This document shows positions 9,799 to 19,487 of a stretch of DNA of 64,000 bases, in pieces; position 1 is the stretch's first letter; each line of letters begins with the position of its first letter. Below the pieces are notes generated by a model that had not been told where the DNA came from, did no database searches, and worked only from the letters and a program-made list of their open reading frames with translations. This DNA is from a bacterium (GTDB taxonomy: Bacteria; Hinthialibacterota; Hinthialibacteria; Hinthialibacterales; Hinthialibacteraceae), in contig CAXXMV010000003.1 of NCBI GenBank assembly GCA_963662285.2, forward strand, positions 96,001 to 160,000. Reading direction: 5' to 3'. A program made the position numbers and the translations under genes.

Positions 9799-11292
9799 AT
9801 GCGTAATACATCAATCGGCATCGCTATGCTGAACGACGAAAGAGAACACGTCTATACCGCCAATAATGCTGAAAACATAGTAGTGGTTAATGCGTGGGCT
9901 GATTATCTTAAAAATAACATTATAAATATTGACGGCTCAGCACCGGAAATTGTCATTGGCAGCGAGATCATAACCGGAACCCGCTCCGCTCAGAAAGTGG
10001 GGGAAGAACTGTCCCGAGCCAACTGCAAACAAGTTATAATGCTATACAACGTGTGGAATTTCCCCTTCCTCTGTTGGCCTTTCATCAACAGTTTGGGCGA
10101 TGTTCCCATTCTTAGCCTATCCAATAATAATGGTAAATTCCCCGGCAACGTCGGACTGTTAGCTACTGACGGCGCTCTCCGCCAGGCTGGCAAACGCACT
10201 CACCGCATTATCGGCGACTTGAATGATGAAGGAACCCAAAAGCAGGTAATCGCCTGGATTCGCGCCAGCCAAGCCGTCACAACCATTAAAAACGAAGTTT
10301 TCGGCTGCTACGGCGGTCACTCTATGGGTATGGAAACCGGATTCGCGCACCTGACCCCGACCCTGAAATCACTGGGTTGCACTGTACGTCAGATAGATCA
10401 ACTATGGCTGGTTAAAGTCATGGAAACCATTGACGATAAAGAAGTTAAAGCAGGACGTAAGTGGCTCGAATCATTGATGGGCGACCGTGTTAAGTATGAT
10501 AACAACATGCTCACCGAAACCACCCTCGAAACCCAGATCAAACTTTATCTGGCTATGCAGCAAGTTAATGAAGATAAGGGTTTCGATTTCTGCGGCCTCA
10601 AAGGCCAGCGCGAAATGACCGAACACATTTGTTTGGGCGACGTCCCCGAAATGATGATGAACGATCCATACGACTGGCGCGGATCCAAAGAATCAGTAGT
10701 ATGCTCGACCGAAGCGGACGCTTACGCCGCCATCACCATGCAACTGATGAAATACATCACTGGCGGCCTGCCCACTCTATTCATGGATGTCCGGCTTTAC
10801 CATCCCGAATTGGACATTTGGGACTTTTGCAATTCCGGTAACCATTCCAGCTACTACAGCGCATTAAGCATGGATCCTCAAGAGAATTTCAAAAACATTA
10901 CTCTACATCCGGCATTGTCCTTCTATTTCAAAGCCGGCGGCGCCTCAGTCGAATTCGACTGCGCTCCGGGAAAATACACTTATGCACGTCTCGGTTTATG
11001 GGATGAAAAACCATACATGGTCATCATCCCTGGGGAAGTAGCTGAACTATCCGCAGATAAACGTAAGGAATTGAACAAGTTAACCGATCCTACCTGGCCT
11101 CATTCTCATACAAAACTGGATTGCTCTTTCGAAGAATTCGCCAACGTATTCCCTTGCAACCATATTCTTGGAGTTATCGGCGACTACTCGCAAGCCCTGG
11201 TTTACCTCTGCGAAATTACCGGCATAACACCAGTAGTCCTAGGCAAAACCGCCGCAAATTATTGCACCCCAATTTGGGATCGCATAAAATAG
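9799..11292 (+). CDS. fucI: L-fucose/D-arabinose isomerase family protein
   Basis: GGHSMG, KGQREMTE, TEAD, FMDVR, NSG, DPTWP and NH motifs align with FucI; AGGAGG RBS. Confidence 0.8.
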   Translation: MRNTSIGIAMLNDEREHVYTANNAENIVVVNAWADYLKNNIINIDGSAPEIVIGSEIITGTRSAQKVGEELSRANCKQVIMLYNVWNFPFLCWPFINSLGDVPILSLSNNNGKFPGNVGLLATDGALRQAGKRTHRIIGDLNDEGTQKQVIAWIRASQAVTTIKNEVFGCYGGHSMGMETGFAHLTPTLKSLGCTVRQIDQLWLVKVMETIDDKEVKAGRKWLESLMGDRVKYDNNMLTETTLETQIKLYLAMQQVNEDKGFDFCGLKGQREMTEHICLGDVPEMMMNDPYDWRGSKESVVCSTEADAYAAITMQLMKYITGGLPTLFMDVRLYHPELDIWDFCNSGNHSSYYSALSMDPQENFKNITLHPALSFYFKAGGASVEFDCAPGKYTYARLGLWDEKPYMVIIPGEVAELSADKRKELNKLTDPTWPHSHTKLDCSFEEFANVFPCNHILGVIGDYSQALVYLCEITGITPVVLGKTAANYCTPIWDRIK

Positions 11293-11330
11293 TTCATCTA
11301 CCAATCAATATCAATTAACTTATTATCATC

Positions 11331-11368
11331 AGAGACCGGAGATTAATCACCTCCGGTCTCTTTTTTTT
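11331..11368 (+). terminator. Intrinsic terminator of fucI
   Basis: AGAGACCGGAG / CTCCGGTCTCT followed by a T run. Confidence 0.88.
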
Positions 11369-11385
11369 ACGTAATTCCACACCAA

Positions 11386-11411
11386 GTAGGGTGCGCCCCT
11401 CGTGGGCGCCC
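11386..11411 (+). repeat. GTAG-type REP, family A
   Basis: GTAGGGTGCGCCCCTCGTGGGCGCCC. Confidence 0.85.
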
Positions 11412-11521
11412 GATATCGAAACTCCTCCGCCCACCATTCGCCAAATAAACAAAATTTATCTTTACAAATCAGCCACCCATCCTTGAAACAAACCATTCTA
11501 TTTGATATTGAATACAGTATT

Positions 11522-12334
11522 ATGAAATGCTACCGAATGGGCGATTTCGCATTACGATGGAGAGAACAGGAGAGTCAAGTATTATTGCTTGCTATCGGTA
11601 ACGAAATCTATAAAACCATCCTGGAACTTAATTTCCTACGATTATCTGTAAGTAAAACCATTAAATTATACAACTCTTATTTTGAATGGATATCTCACAT
11701 TGCAAACATTGAGCAGAAGGAGATCCCGCAAATTCACCAATTTTTTAAAGCCTTGCAGAAGGTTCTTTTCATCGAAAATGATTTAGATGTCTGTTTCGCC
11801 ATCTCACACCATTTCCATCACTCCCCCTATGGTGAACGTGAAAGAACCCCAATCGGGCAATTTCTCTATAAAGCAAAACCATACAACCACTCCGTAACAT
11901 TAAAAAATTACTGGTATGCACACCGATTGGCTCAACAAATGCACGGATTCTTAAAGCACTATCCCGCATTTATGCAAGCTGATTGGATTATTCCATCTCC
12001 TTATCATAAATCGAAAAACGGCTTCGATTTACCTGAAACTTTGTGCAATCATCTTTCAAAATGGTGTAACATCAATAACGGCTCTCATTTAATAATAAAA
12101 AACCGGGTAACCACGCCCATGAAGGAATGTTTTGGGATTTCTCAAAAACTAATCAATATCAAGGACGCATTTGATGTCACAGACCCGTCTTGCATAAAAG
12201 GACGCAAAATCCTCATAATTGATGACTTATATCAAAGCGGCGCTACCCTTGCCGAAATTTCCCGAACACTTAAAAAATCAGGCGCGCTTTGCGTTTATGG
12301 ATTATGCGCCACCAAAACTATAGGGGATGGATAA
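11522..12334 (+). CDS. ComF-like phosphoribosyltransferase without a zinc ribbon
   Basis: PRPP-binding loop ILIIDDLYQSGATL and RTPIGQFLYKAK; the ORF-track start 11402 lies in a REP, so ATG 11522 was used (uncertain). Confidence 0.8.
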   Translation: MKCYRMGDFALRWREQESQVLLLAIGNEIYKTILELNFLRLSVSKTIKLYNSYFEWISHIANIEQKEIPQIHQFFKALQKVLFIENDLDVCFAISHHFHHSPYGERERTPIGQFLYKAKPYNHSVTLKNYWYAHRLAQQMHGFLKHYPAFMQADWIIPSPYHKSKNGFDLPETLCNHLSKWCNINNGSHLIIKNRVTTPMKECFGISQKLINIKDAFDVTDPSCIKGRKILIIDDLYQSGATLAEISRTLKKSGALCVYGLCATKTIGDG

Positions 12335-12401
12335 ATTGGATGATAGAATTAGGATTGTCGAGGTGACTTATGTCGGATCACACCAGTACGCGCCCTACTG
12401 A
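12327..12401 (+). pseudogene. C-terminal remnant of a RelE/HigB-like toxin
   Basis: Reads MDKLDDRIRIVEVTYVGSHQYAPY*, overlaps the HTH start as in toxin-first TA pairs, and has an in-frame stop just upstream. Confidence 0.55.
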
Positions 12402-12726
12402 TAAATTGATTGAAATCCAGTTAGTAGGTCCAGCGACGAAAAAGAAATTCTTGCTTGAAGCCGTAAAGGCAATAGGATTTCGCTATGTCAACGATTCAAT
12501 TCCCTGGCGTGACGCTTTCCCGGAACTTACCAACGAACGGCTACCGGGCGCGTATTTAAAGGGAATTCGCAAACGTGAGGGATTATCCCAAGCAAAACTT
12601 TCCGAACAAACGGGAATCCCCCAACGGCATTTATCAGAAATGGAAAACGGGAAACGCCCCATCGGAAAAAAGAACACCGTAATCCTGGCAAATGCCTTAA
12701 ACGCCGACTACCGCAATTTGCTTTGA
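12370..12726 (+). CDS. XRE-family HTH protein (HigA-like antitoxin)
   Basis: LKGIRKREGLSQAKLSEQTGIPQRHLSEMENGKRPIG. Confidence 0.88.
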   Translation: MSDHTSTRPTDKLIEIQLVGPATKKKFLLEAVKAIGFRYVNDSIPWRDAFPELTNERLPGAYLKGIRKREGLSQAKLSEQTGIPQRHLSEMENGKRPIGKKNTVILANALNADYRNLL

Positions 12727-12739
12727 TAGGATAAACCGT

Positions 12740-13678
12740 ATGGACTCAATCGCAATTCTCATGCTGATGCATATATCAGGCTTTGGACATACGACCATCA
12801 ACCGTCTTCTATATAAAATTAAGGGTCAAGAACTAACTCCAGGCGCTTTGCTTGATTTATCACCGCAGGATATCTCTCATCAATTCGGCCTGCGGCCTGA
12901 TATCGCTGAAGAATTCTTTACCTACCATGATCAGGCTCAACAAACTTACCAGGAATTAGAGGATCATGAAATCAGGATAGTGCATAATGAAGATCAGGAT
13001 TTCCCCACAAACTTAAAACTAATCCTCGGCGATTCCGCCCCGCCTGTTCTATTCGTCCGGGGCAATACAGAATTATTGAAACAAAAAGCCTTGACCGTAA
13101 TTGGAGTCCGGGATCATTCCGAACAAGGCATGAAGGCCGCCCGAAAATGCGTTGAAACGGTAGTCAATGAAAAGAATATTGTCATTATCAGCGGAAATGC
13201 CCAGGGAATCGATACTTTCGCCCACCAAACCGCTTTAGAATCAGGCGGCGCCACTATCTTCGTTCTTCCACATGGAATCCTGCATTTTCACTCTAGAAAA
13301 TGGATGACGGATTGCTTGACTGAGCAGAACCACCTTATCCTATCCGAGTTTCCGCCAAACTTACCTTGGGCTGCTCACGCCGCCATGCAGCGCAACCGCA
13401 CTCTCTGCGCGTTATCTCAAGCTGTTCTTCTTATCGAAACGGGAACCTCCGGCGGCTCATTCGCCACAGCGCAGAACGCCTTAAAGTTAAATATTCCACT
13501 TTTTGCCATTGATTACGATCCTATCTCTCCATCAGCTAAAGGAAACACCATCTTCCTTAATCAGGGAGCGCAACCGATAAAAGAATATAAATCTGATTTA
13601 ACTCTTCTTTTCAGTGTGTTTAGTAACACTTATAAAAATCATAAACTATATGACGAACCCCGTCTATTTGACGATTAA
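12740..13678 (+). CDS. dprA: DprA/Smf family DNA-processing protein without a C-terminal winged helix
   Basis: PPVLFVRGN, VIGVR, ISGNAQGID, ILSEFPP, QRNR and GGSFATA. Confidence 0.88.
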   Translation: MDSIAILMLMHISGFGHTTINRLLYKIKGQELTPGALLDLSPQDISHQFGLRPDIAEEFFTYHDQAQQTYQELEDHEIRIVHNEDQDFPTNLKLILGDSAPPVLFVRGNTELLKQKALTVIGVRDHSEQGMKAARKCVETVVNEKNIVIISGNAQGIDTFAHQTALESGGATIFVLPHGILHFHSRKWMTDCLTEQNHLILSEFPPNLPWAAHAAMQRNRTLCALSQAVLLIETGTSGGSFATAQNALKLNIPLFAIDYDPISPSAKGNTIFLNQGAQPIKEYKSDLTLLFSVFSNTYKNHKLYDEPRLFDD

Positions 13679-13844
13679 TGGGTTAAATTTCCAAAACATT
13701 GAGTAGATAGACGCAATCTGAACGTTCTATCCCTTGTACTGAAACGCTGCCATTGATAATCTTGAGTCTTACTGATTGTGAAGCGTTGATCTATAGATGA
13801 CGTTTATCGGTCTGATTTTCGTATTTGAAGAAGGAGTCAGGTTT

Positions 13845-15935
13845 ATGAAAGAGGTGGAGGTTGGCAAAAAACGTAATATCGCTGTCGTAGGACATCATGG
13901 TGCGGGTAAGACATCGTTAATCGAAGCCATTTTGTACCATACGGGAGCAACCGACCGATTGGGGCGGATAGACGACGGTAATACTACCGGCGATTATCTG
14001 GACGAAGAAAAAGAAAAAAAACACACTCTTACCTCCAAACTACTGCAATGCACCTACAGGGACCATCTATTCAATTTAATTGATACACCAGGGTATTCGG
14101 ATTTCTTGGGTGACATCAAAGGCGCTCTACGCGCTGCTGATGGCGTGATTCTCGTAATCAACGCGCAGAACGGTGTGGAAGTCGAGACGGAAAAGATTTG
14201 GGAATACATCGAAGAATACAACCTTCCCCGATGCGTTGTAGTCAACCGCATGGATAAAGAACGAGCTGATTTCGGCGCTTCTCTGAAATCTTTGGAAGAT
14301 GTTCTCGGAGCACAGGTTTGTCCAGTGCGTTTGCCCGTTGGCAGTGAAGATTCGTTTAAGGGGGTGATCAATCTGATCACCAACAAATTTGAAACTTTCG
14401 ACGACAAAGGCAAAATCATCAATCAAGCGCCAATTCCTGATGATATGAGCGACGAAGAAGAAGAATACCGCCAGAAAATGATAGAAGCATCAGTCTATGC
14501 CGACGAGGAACTGATGGAACGCTATCTTTCAGACGAAAAAATCTCCAACGATGAAATTCGTAAGGGATTGGCGGAAGGCGCGCTTCAAGGCGCTATCGTA
14601 CCTATATTCGCAACAGACGCATCAAAATGCATTGGCATTCAAACTCTTCTGGATGGGCTGATTAACTACATGCCCAATCCTCTCGCCAGTAAAACATTTC
14701 AGGTCATCAAAAAGGGAGATGACAAAATCCAGGATATGGATATGAAAGAAGATGGCCCTGGAATCGGTCTGGTTTTCAAAAGCATGATTGATCCATTCGC
14801 TGGCAAAGTATCTTTCATACGCGTATTCAGCGGTAAATTCCACTCCGAGACGGAATGGTATAATATTACGACTGATCACCGTTGCCGCGTCGGACATATC
14901 CAGTTAGTCAACGGCAAAAAACATAATTCCATAAACCAAGCCTCTGCTGGAGATATCATTGCTGTTACTAAAATGGATGATTTCGAAACCAACTCCACTC
15001 TCTCATCTCATGACGGGATTCTGCGAGTTGTTCCCACTAAATATCCTCAACCTCCTATACACATGGCGGTTCATGCTTCTGATAAAAACGAAGAAGATAA
15101 AATCGGCAGCGTTTTACCTAAAATCATATCCGGCGATCCAACTCTAAAAGTGGAACGCAGCCCGGAGACCAACGAAACCGTTATTAGCGCCGCAGGCAGT
15201 ATGCAAACTGAACTGATCGCCTATCGTCTGCGCCACCAGTTCAAACTGAACGTTGAACTCACTATCCCACAAATCGCTTACCGCGAAACCATCACCGCCC
15301 CGGGTGAAGGACGCTACCGCCATAAAAAGCAATCTGGCGGCCGTGGACAGTTTGGTGAAGTCCAGATGCGCATCAAACCCCTGGAACGCGGCAAGCAATA
15401 CGAATTCGTTAACAGCATCTTCGGCGGTTCAGTGCCTACTAAATTCATCCCTGCCGTTGAAAAAGGCGTTATTGAAGCGATAGCCGGCGGCGTCCTGGCT
15501 GGTTATCCAGTCGTCGATGTATGCTGCGAACTGTTCGACGGACAGTATCATGATGTTGACTCTTCTGAAATGGCATTTAAAATCGCCGGACGCCAATGCT
15601 TCCGGCAAGTCGCCCGCGATCAATGTAAAGCAGTGCTTCTCGAACCTATCATGAATGTTCGCGTCACCATTCCCGAATCATACATGGGTGATGTAATGGG
15701 CGATCTCAACTCACGTCGCGGTAGGGTTCAAGGCATGGATGCTGAAGGCAATAAACAGATCATTAAAGCCCAAGTGCCTTTATCTGAAATGTATACTTAT
15801 TCCATTGATCTTCGCTCTATTACCCAGGGTCGAGGCAGTTTTGAAATGGAATTCACCAGTTACGAACAGGTTCCTAAAGAACAGGCAGACAAGATCATCT
15901 CTGGCAAAAAGACTGACGAAGAAGAGGAAGATTAA
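13845..15935 (+). CDS. fusA: Elongation factor G paralog (EF-G II type)
   Basis: GHHGAGKT, DTPG, NRMD, HKKQSGGRGQFG and YHDVDSSEMAF; AAGGAG RBS before ATG 13845. Confidence 0.92.
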   Translation: MKEVEVGKKRNIAVVGHHGAGKTSLIEAILYHTGATDRLGRIDDGNTTGDYLDEEKEKKHTLTSKLLQCTYRDHLFNLIDTPGYSDFLGDIKGALRAADGVILVINAQNGVEVETEKIWEYIEEYNLPRCVVVNRMDKERADFGASLKSLEDVLGAQVCPVRLPVGSEDSFKGVINLITNKFETFDDKGKIINQAPIPDDMSDEEEEYRQKMIEASVYADEELMERYLSDEKISNDEIRKGLAEGALQGAIVPIFATDASKCIGIQTLLDGLINYMPNPLASKTFQVIKKGDDKIQDMDMKEDGPGIGLVFKSMIDPFAGKVSFIRVFSGKFHSETEWYNITTDHRCRVGHIQLVNGKKHNSINQASAGDIIAVTKMDDFETNSTLSSHDGILRVVPTKYPQPPIHMAVHASDKNEEDKIGSVLPKIISGDPTLKVERSPETNETVISAAGSMQTELIAYRLRHQFKLNVELTIPQIAYRETITAPGEGRYRHKKQSGGRGQFGEVQMRIKPLERGKQYEFVNSIFGGSVPTKFIPAVEKGVIEAIAGGVLAGYPVVDVCCELFDGQYHDVDSSEMAFKIAGRQCFRQVARDQCKAVLLEPIMNVRVTIPESYMGDVMGDLNSRRGRVQGMDAEGNKQIIKAQVPLSEMYTYSIDLRSITQGRGSFEMEFTSYEQVPKEQADKIISGKKTDEEEED

Positions 15936-15973
15936 TTATACTCTTCCACTTTATTGCCTTTTAATTCAAATTC

Positions 15974-16004
15974 AAAAAGCGTCGGATTTTTCCGGCGCTT
16001 TTTT
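15974..16004. terminator. Bidirectional terminator
   Basis: AAAAAGCGTCGGA-TTT-TCCGGCGCTTTTTT between convergent genes. Confidence 0.75.
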
Positions 16005-16042
16005 AGATAAGTTGGCATAAAAACGTTCTTATGGAAACGCTT

Positions 16043-17137
16043 TTAACTTCTCGTGACAGGGCTTTCAGTCGTTTCCAGATCAAGTCTTATTCTGTTTCGT
16101 AAAAAGTAGGCCTTAAATACATAAAAAAGAATCACTCCAACGCCGGATATACCGCTTGCAAATAACATCACTTTACTTCCCATATTAAAGTACACATCCC
16201 ATCCCTGATCCATATCCAGCCAACCTAACTGGCGAAGATAAATGGGTACTGCGATTCCCCGGCTAATAACGCACAGGAAAATAACAATAACCGTTACCAG
16301 CCGGATATAAAGTTCCTTGACTACTTTCGTTCCATAAGCGCCGATATTAAGTCCAATCAGTGAACCAACATATAGAAGCAGGGAAAGCCGAATATCCACA
16401 TAGCCCAAATATACATAGTTTGATGCCAGAAAAGCGCCCATAAACATAGCGAGAAACAATTCGGTTCCGGTTGCGACTGTTGTGGGTAAACCAAATACAT
16501 ATATCATGGCGGGAACACCGATAAAACCACCAACTCCAATTGTTCCAGCCAAATAACCCGTCGCTAATCCTACTATCAATAGAATCCACAAGGAAATACG
16601 AACATCAGCCACAGGAAAAGTGATCATGGGGAATAATTTTAAATGAGACAATAACTTTATGATCTTTCTGGAGGGCCCAATTGATTCTTTCATTGTATTC
16701 CGAACATCTCTCATCATGAATATAGCAACTAATCCAAGCATCACGATAAACACTATACTGATATATAAATCAGCGGCCGCTGCACCACCTGCTCCATGAG
16801 TATCCACTTTACCAGCGAACAAAAAATCGTTAATGCGAACTGCAAGGTAATTTCCGGCAAATGCAGTCATGATGAGAAAAATACCTAGCTTTTTATCCAC
16901 ATTCCCCATCTCAGCATGCCGCTTGGCGCCCATCATCGCCTTTCCGAATTTGTGCGCCACATTGCTGGCTACGGCGACAACACCCGGAACTCCTAGGTTC
17001 ATCAAGCCGGGCGTCATGAAAAAAGCGCCCCCGCTTCCAATAAAACCACTAAGCGTTCCTCCAATGAAACCTAAAAGTATTACTTCAAAAGCGTCTAATA
17101 AATGGAGATCGATAAATTGATTCAAATCCAATGGCAT
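16043..17137 (-). CDS. TauE/SafE (sulfite exporter) family membrane protein
   Basis: Duplicated GFIGSGGAFFMTP / GTIGVGGFIGVP motifs and many TM helices; AAGGAG RBS. Confidence 0.88.
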   Translation of the reverse strand: MPLDLNQFIDLHLLDAFEVILLGFIGGTLSGFIGSGGAFFMTPGLMNLGVPGVVAVASNVAHKFGKAMMGAKRHAEMGNVDKKLGIFLIMTAFAGNYLAVRINDFLFAGKVDTHGAGGAAAADLYISIVFIVMLGLVAIFMMRDVRNTMKESIGPSRKIIKLLSHLKLFPMITFPVADVRISLWILLIVGLATGYLAGTIGVGGFIGVPAMIYVFGLPTTVATGTELFLAMFMGAFLASNYVYLGYVDIRLSLLLYVGSLIGLNIGAYGTKVVKELYIRLVTVIVIFLCVISRGIAVPIYLRQLGWLDMDQGWDVYFNMGSKVMLFASGISGVGVILFYVFKAYFLRNRIRLDLETTESPVTRS

Positions 17138-17200
17138 CTTTTTTTCTCCTTCTCTTATGAACAATAACAAACCTTAAAAATAACAGAAATCAGATTCTCA

Positions 17201-18736
17201 TTACTCCAACCTTACTAACTTACACAGCAAACGGGAAAACATGCCATAGGAATAAGAAAATACAGGGATAAATATAAATAATACCACGATGGATAGAATC
17301 CTCATGCTAAATACATCATTCGATAAAAATCGAAGAACCCAAACCTGATTCTTAAACACTAAAACGAATAGTATTATGGAAAATAGTAAATAACCTATCA
17401 TTTGCATTAACTGTTTTTTCCCGAAAAGAAACTGAGTTTGTAGGTCTTCAGCCAATACAACATGGCATTTCAACCGTTCGGCGAGAAAAGCGCATAGTTC
17501 CCGGCATAACCTTTTACGGGCGTGAATTCCTTTTGAAAGAAACAGTTCACCAACCACCACCAAACTGTAATCAACTCCTTTATCAATTCCCGAAAAAATC
17601 TGCTTGGGGGATGCTTTCAAGCAACTGCCTCCACCGGCGCGCTCCATTTTTATGAGATCGCAAAAGGTTTCTTTCATCCCGGCGTCATCCAAGCAACTAT
17701 CTTTAAAATGGTCCTCATTTTTCTCGCTTTGATCAGTTCTCCGTGTAGGAGCGATTTCAGAAAGTTCCATAGGACTCAATGAATGAATTTCATCTTCTTG
17801 TGAAATTTCAATATGTTGTTCTTCATCCATGGGAATAAAACGAAGCAATTCAATGGCGGCGTCCCACTTATTTGCGATATCCATAAGATGATTAAAGGCA
17901 TCACAGGAAGGATCAAATTTTTCCTGAATCCATAAGATGTTCGTACGAGCCATGGTACAGTAAATTTGTTTAACGCCATCTAGGGATTCAAGCAGAGGTG
18001 AGATATATTCAGATACTTGCGCTTGAAAGGGTTGATATGTTACTGATACTACTCCATTTGTAGACTTCACTTTCACTTGAGCATCACAGGTTTTTTCGTT
18101 CTCAGCCAAAATAAGTCTGGCGCGGGAAGCCAGCAGCTTATCTTCCAGCGCTCTTCGGGATGCCGGAGTTTCTTGAAAATCCGGCAGTTGAGAAAAAGAA
18201 CATAAAGCCACCGCTACGTTTTCAACATTCATTTGCGCCAGATTGACGACCATGTCATAATTCTCAGTCAATTCCCAGTCTACATTGTATAATTGCTTGA
18301 CCCATATTTTCCTATCTTCTTCCACTTGCTCTATATAATCTCTAGCCTTTTCACGGGAATAATCAAAACGTTGCATAACCGCCTGAATCCGGTATTCCAA
18401 ATCCGATATGACGCGCACCCGCAATACATGGCTTACTCCACTTAACAGAAGGTGACCAGCTCGACCATGATAGACAATATTTGATGCCAAGGCCCGCTCG
18501 CAAAGAAACTTTGTAACAAATGCTAAATATTGATCTTTAGCAATAAGAAGCGATTCCGTCATATAGTATTTCTTAAGCATGGCGGCTTCTATTTCTTTCA
18601 CTGGAAATCCTTGACGGTTGGCTTCTTCAAGCATTTCTTCTCTAGAGACGCAATCATATCCCAATTTACCGGCTAAACGTTCCGCAAGTTCTTTACCCCG
18701 GCTATAACTGCCTCGGGAAATACAAATGATCTGCAT
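17201..18736 (-). CDS. Cytidylate-kinase-like family protein with extra domains and a two-helix C-terminal membrane anchor
   Basis: IICISRGSYSRGKELAERLA, VYHGRAG, LRVRV and YDMVVN; hydrophobic C-terminus; GGAGG RBS. Confidence 0.8.
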   Translation of the reverse strand: MQIICISRGSYSRGKELAERLAGKLGYDCVSREEMLEEANRQGFPVKEIEAAMLKKYYMTESLLIAKDQYLAFVTKFLCERALASNIVYHGRAGHLLLSGVSHVLRVRVISDLEYRIQAVMQRFDYSREKARDYIEQVEEDRKIWVKQLYNVDWELTENYDMVVNLAQMNVENVAVALCSFSQLPDFQETPASRRALEDKLLASRARLILAENEKTCDAQVKVKSTNGVVSVTYQPFQAQVSEYISPLLESLDGVKQIYCTMARTNILWIQEKFDPSCDAFNHLMDIANKWDAAIELLRFIPMDEEQHIEISQEDEIHSLSPMELSEIAPTRRTDQSEKNEDHFKDSCLDDAGMKETFCDLIKMERAGGGSCLKASPKQIFSGIDKGVDYSLVVVGELFLSKGIHARKRLCRELCAFLAERLKCHVVLAEDLQTQFLFGKKQLMQMIGYLLFSIILFVLVFKNQVWVLRFLSNDVFSMRILSIVVLFIFIPVFSYSYGMFSRLLCKLVRLE

Positions 18737-18922
18737 GGTACGGCTGCCTCCTCATAACTAAATAAAATGATTTGATGTCAAGACAAAACGGATTCTGCGT
18801 ATGCTTAAAATTCTAATTTTTAAAACCTCGAGTAGGATATTTGTGTAGTATTCGTCCCAAAAACGATAATACGTGGGAAAAGAAAAGGCATGTAGCATTC
18901 CTCAAAAAATCATTTCCCTTGT

Positions 18923-18938
18923 TGGCAACATGATTGCA
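18923..18938 (+). promoter_or_regulatory. Sigma54-like promoter with unclear target
   Basis: TGGCAACATGATTGCA (GG-N10-GC). Confidence 0.5.
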
Positions 18939-19414
18939 ATGAAAAACACTTATGGTATTAGACCTGATAACATTTTATATGTCAATTTTTATATGGCATT
19001 TTTTCCAAAAAAATATTGAACAATGTTCAAAATCATGTTCCTTTATTATTCCATGCACTCTGGAACTTATTTCAACTCATAATGTAGATAGATCGAGTCA
19101 ACCACCCAAGGCATGGCCTGAGTTTAGCCCTATCATCGCTTTTGGAGACTTATTCTCTAAGAATCATAATAATATTATCTGTGACCGTATACATTACAAA
19201 ATATTATATATATGTAATCCTACAAGCTACTTATTTATTAGATGATTATCATTATCTCTATTTTAATATTAAATATTTCCCTATCAATAATTGAAATTAA
19301 AAAAAATATAACAATTATAACCTATTTATTCATAGATACTTACATCGTATACATCTGAAAATCCACCAATCTCTATTATCATTGAATTGCACTGAAATTA
19401 AATCAAATCATAAA

Positions 19415-19430
19415 TGGCGCCACTATTGCT
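19415..19430 (+). promoter_or_regulatory. Sigma54 promoter of the chemoreceptor pair
   Basis: TGGCGCCACTATTGCT, 57 nt upstream of ATG 19488. Confidence 0.7.
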
Positions 19431-19487
19431 CATTAAGCAATGCGAGTTATCGCAAAGATAACTAATTCAAAAAAGATGGAGATTATT

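Noticed and set aside
18952-19245. 97-aa ORF after the first sigma54-like site
   Set aside because: Very AT-rich, no RBS or motif, and the ATG would sit almost at +1; not supportable as a gene
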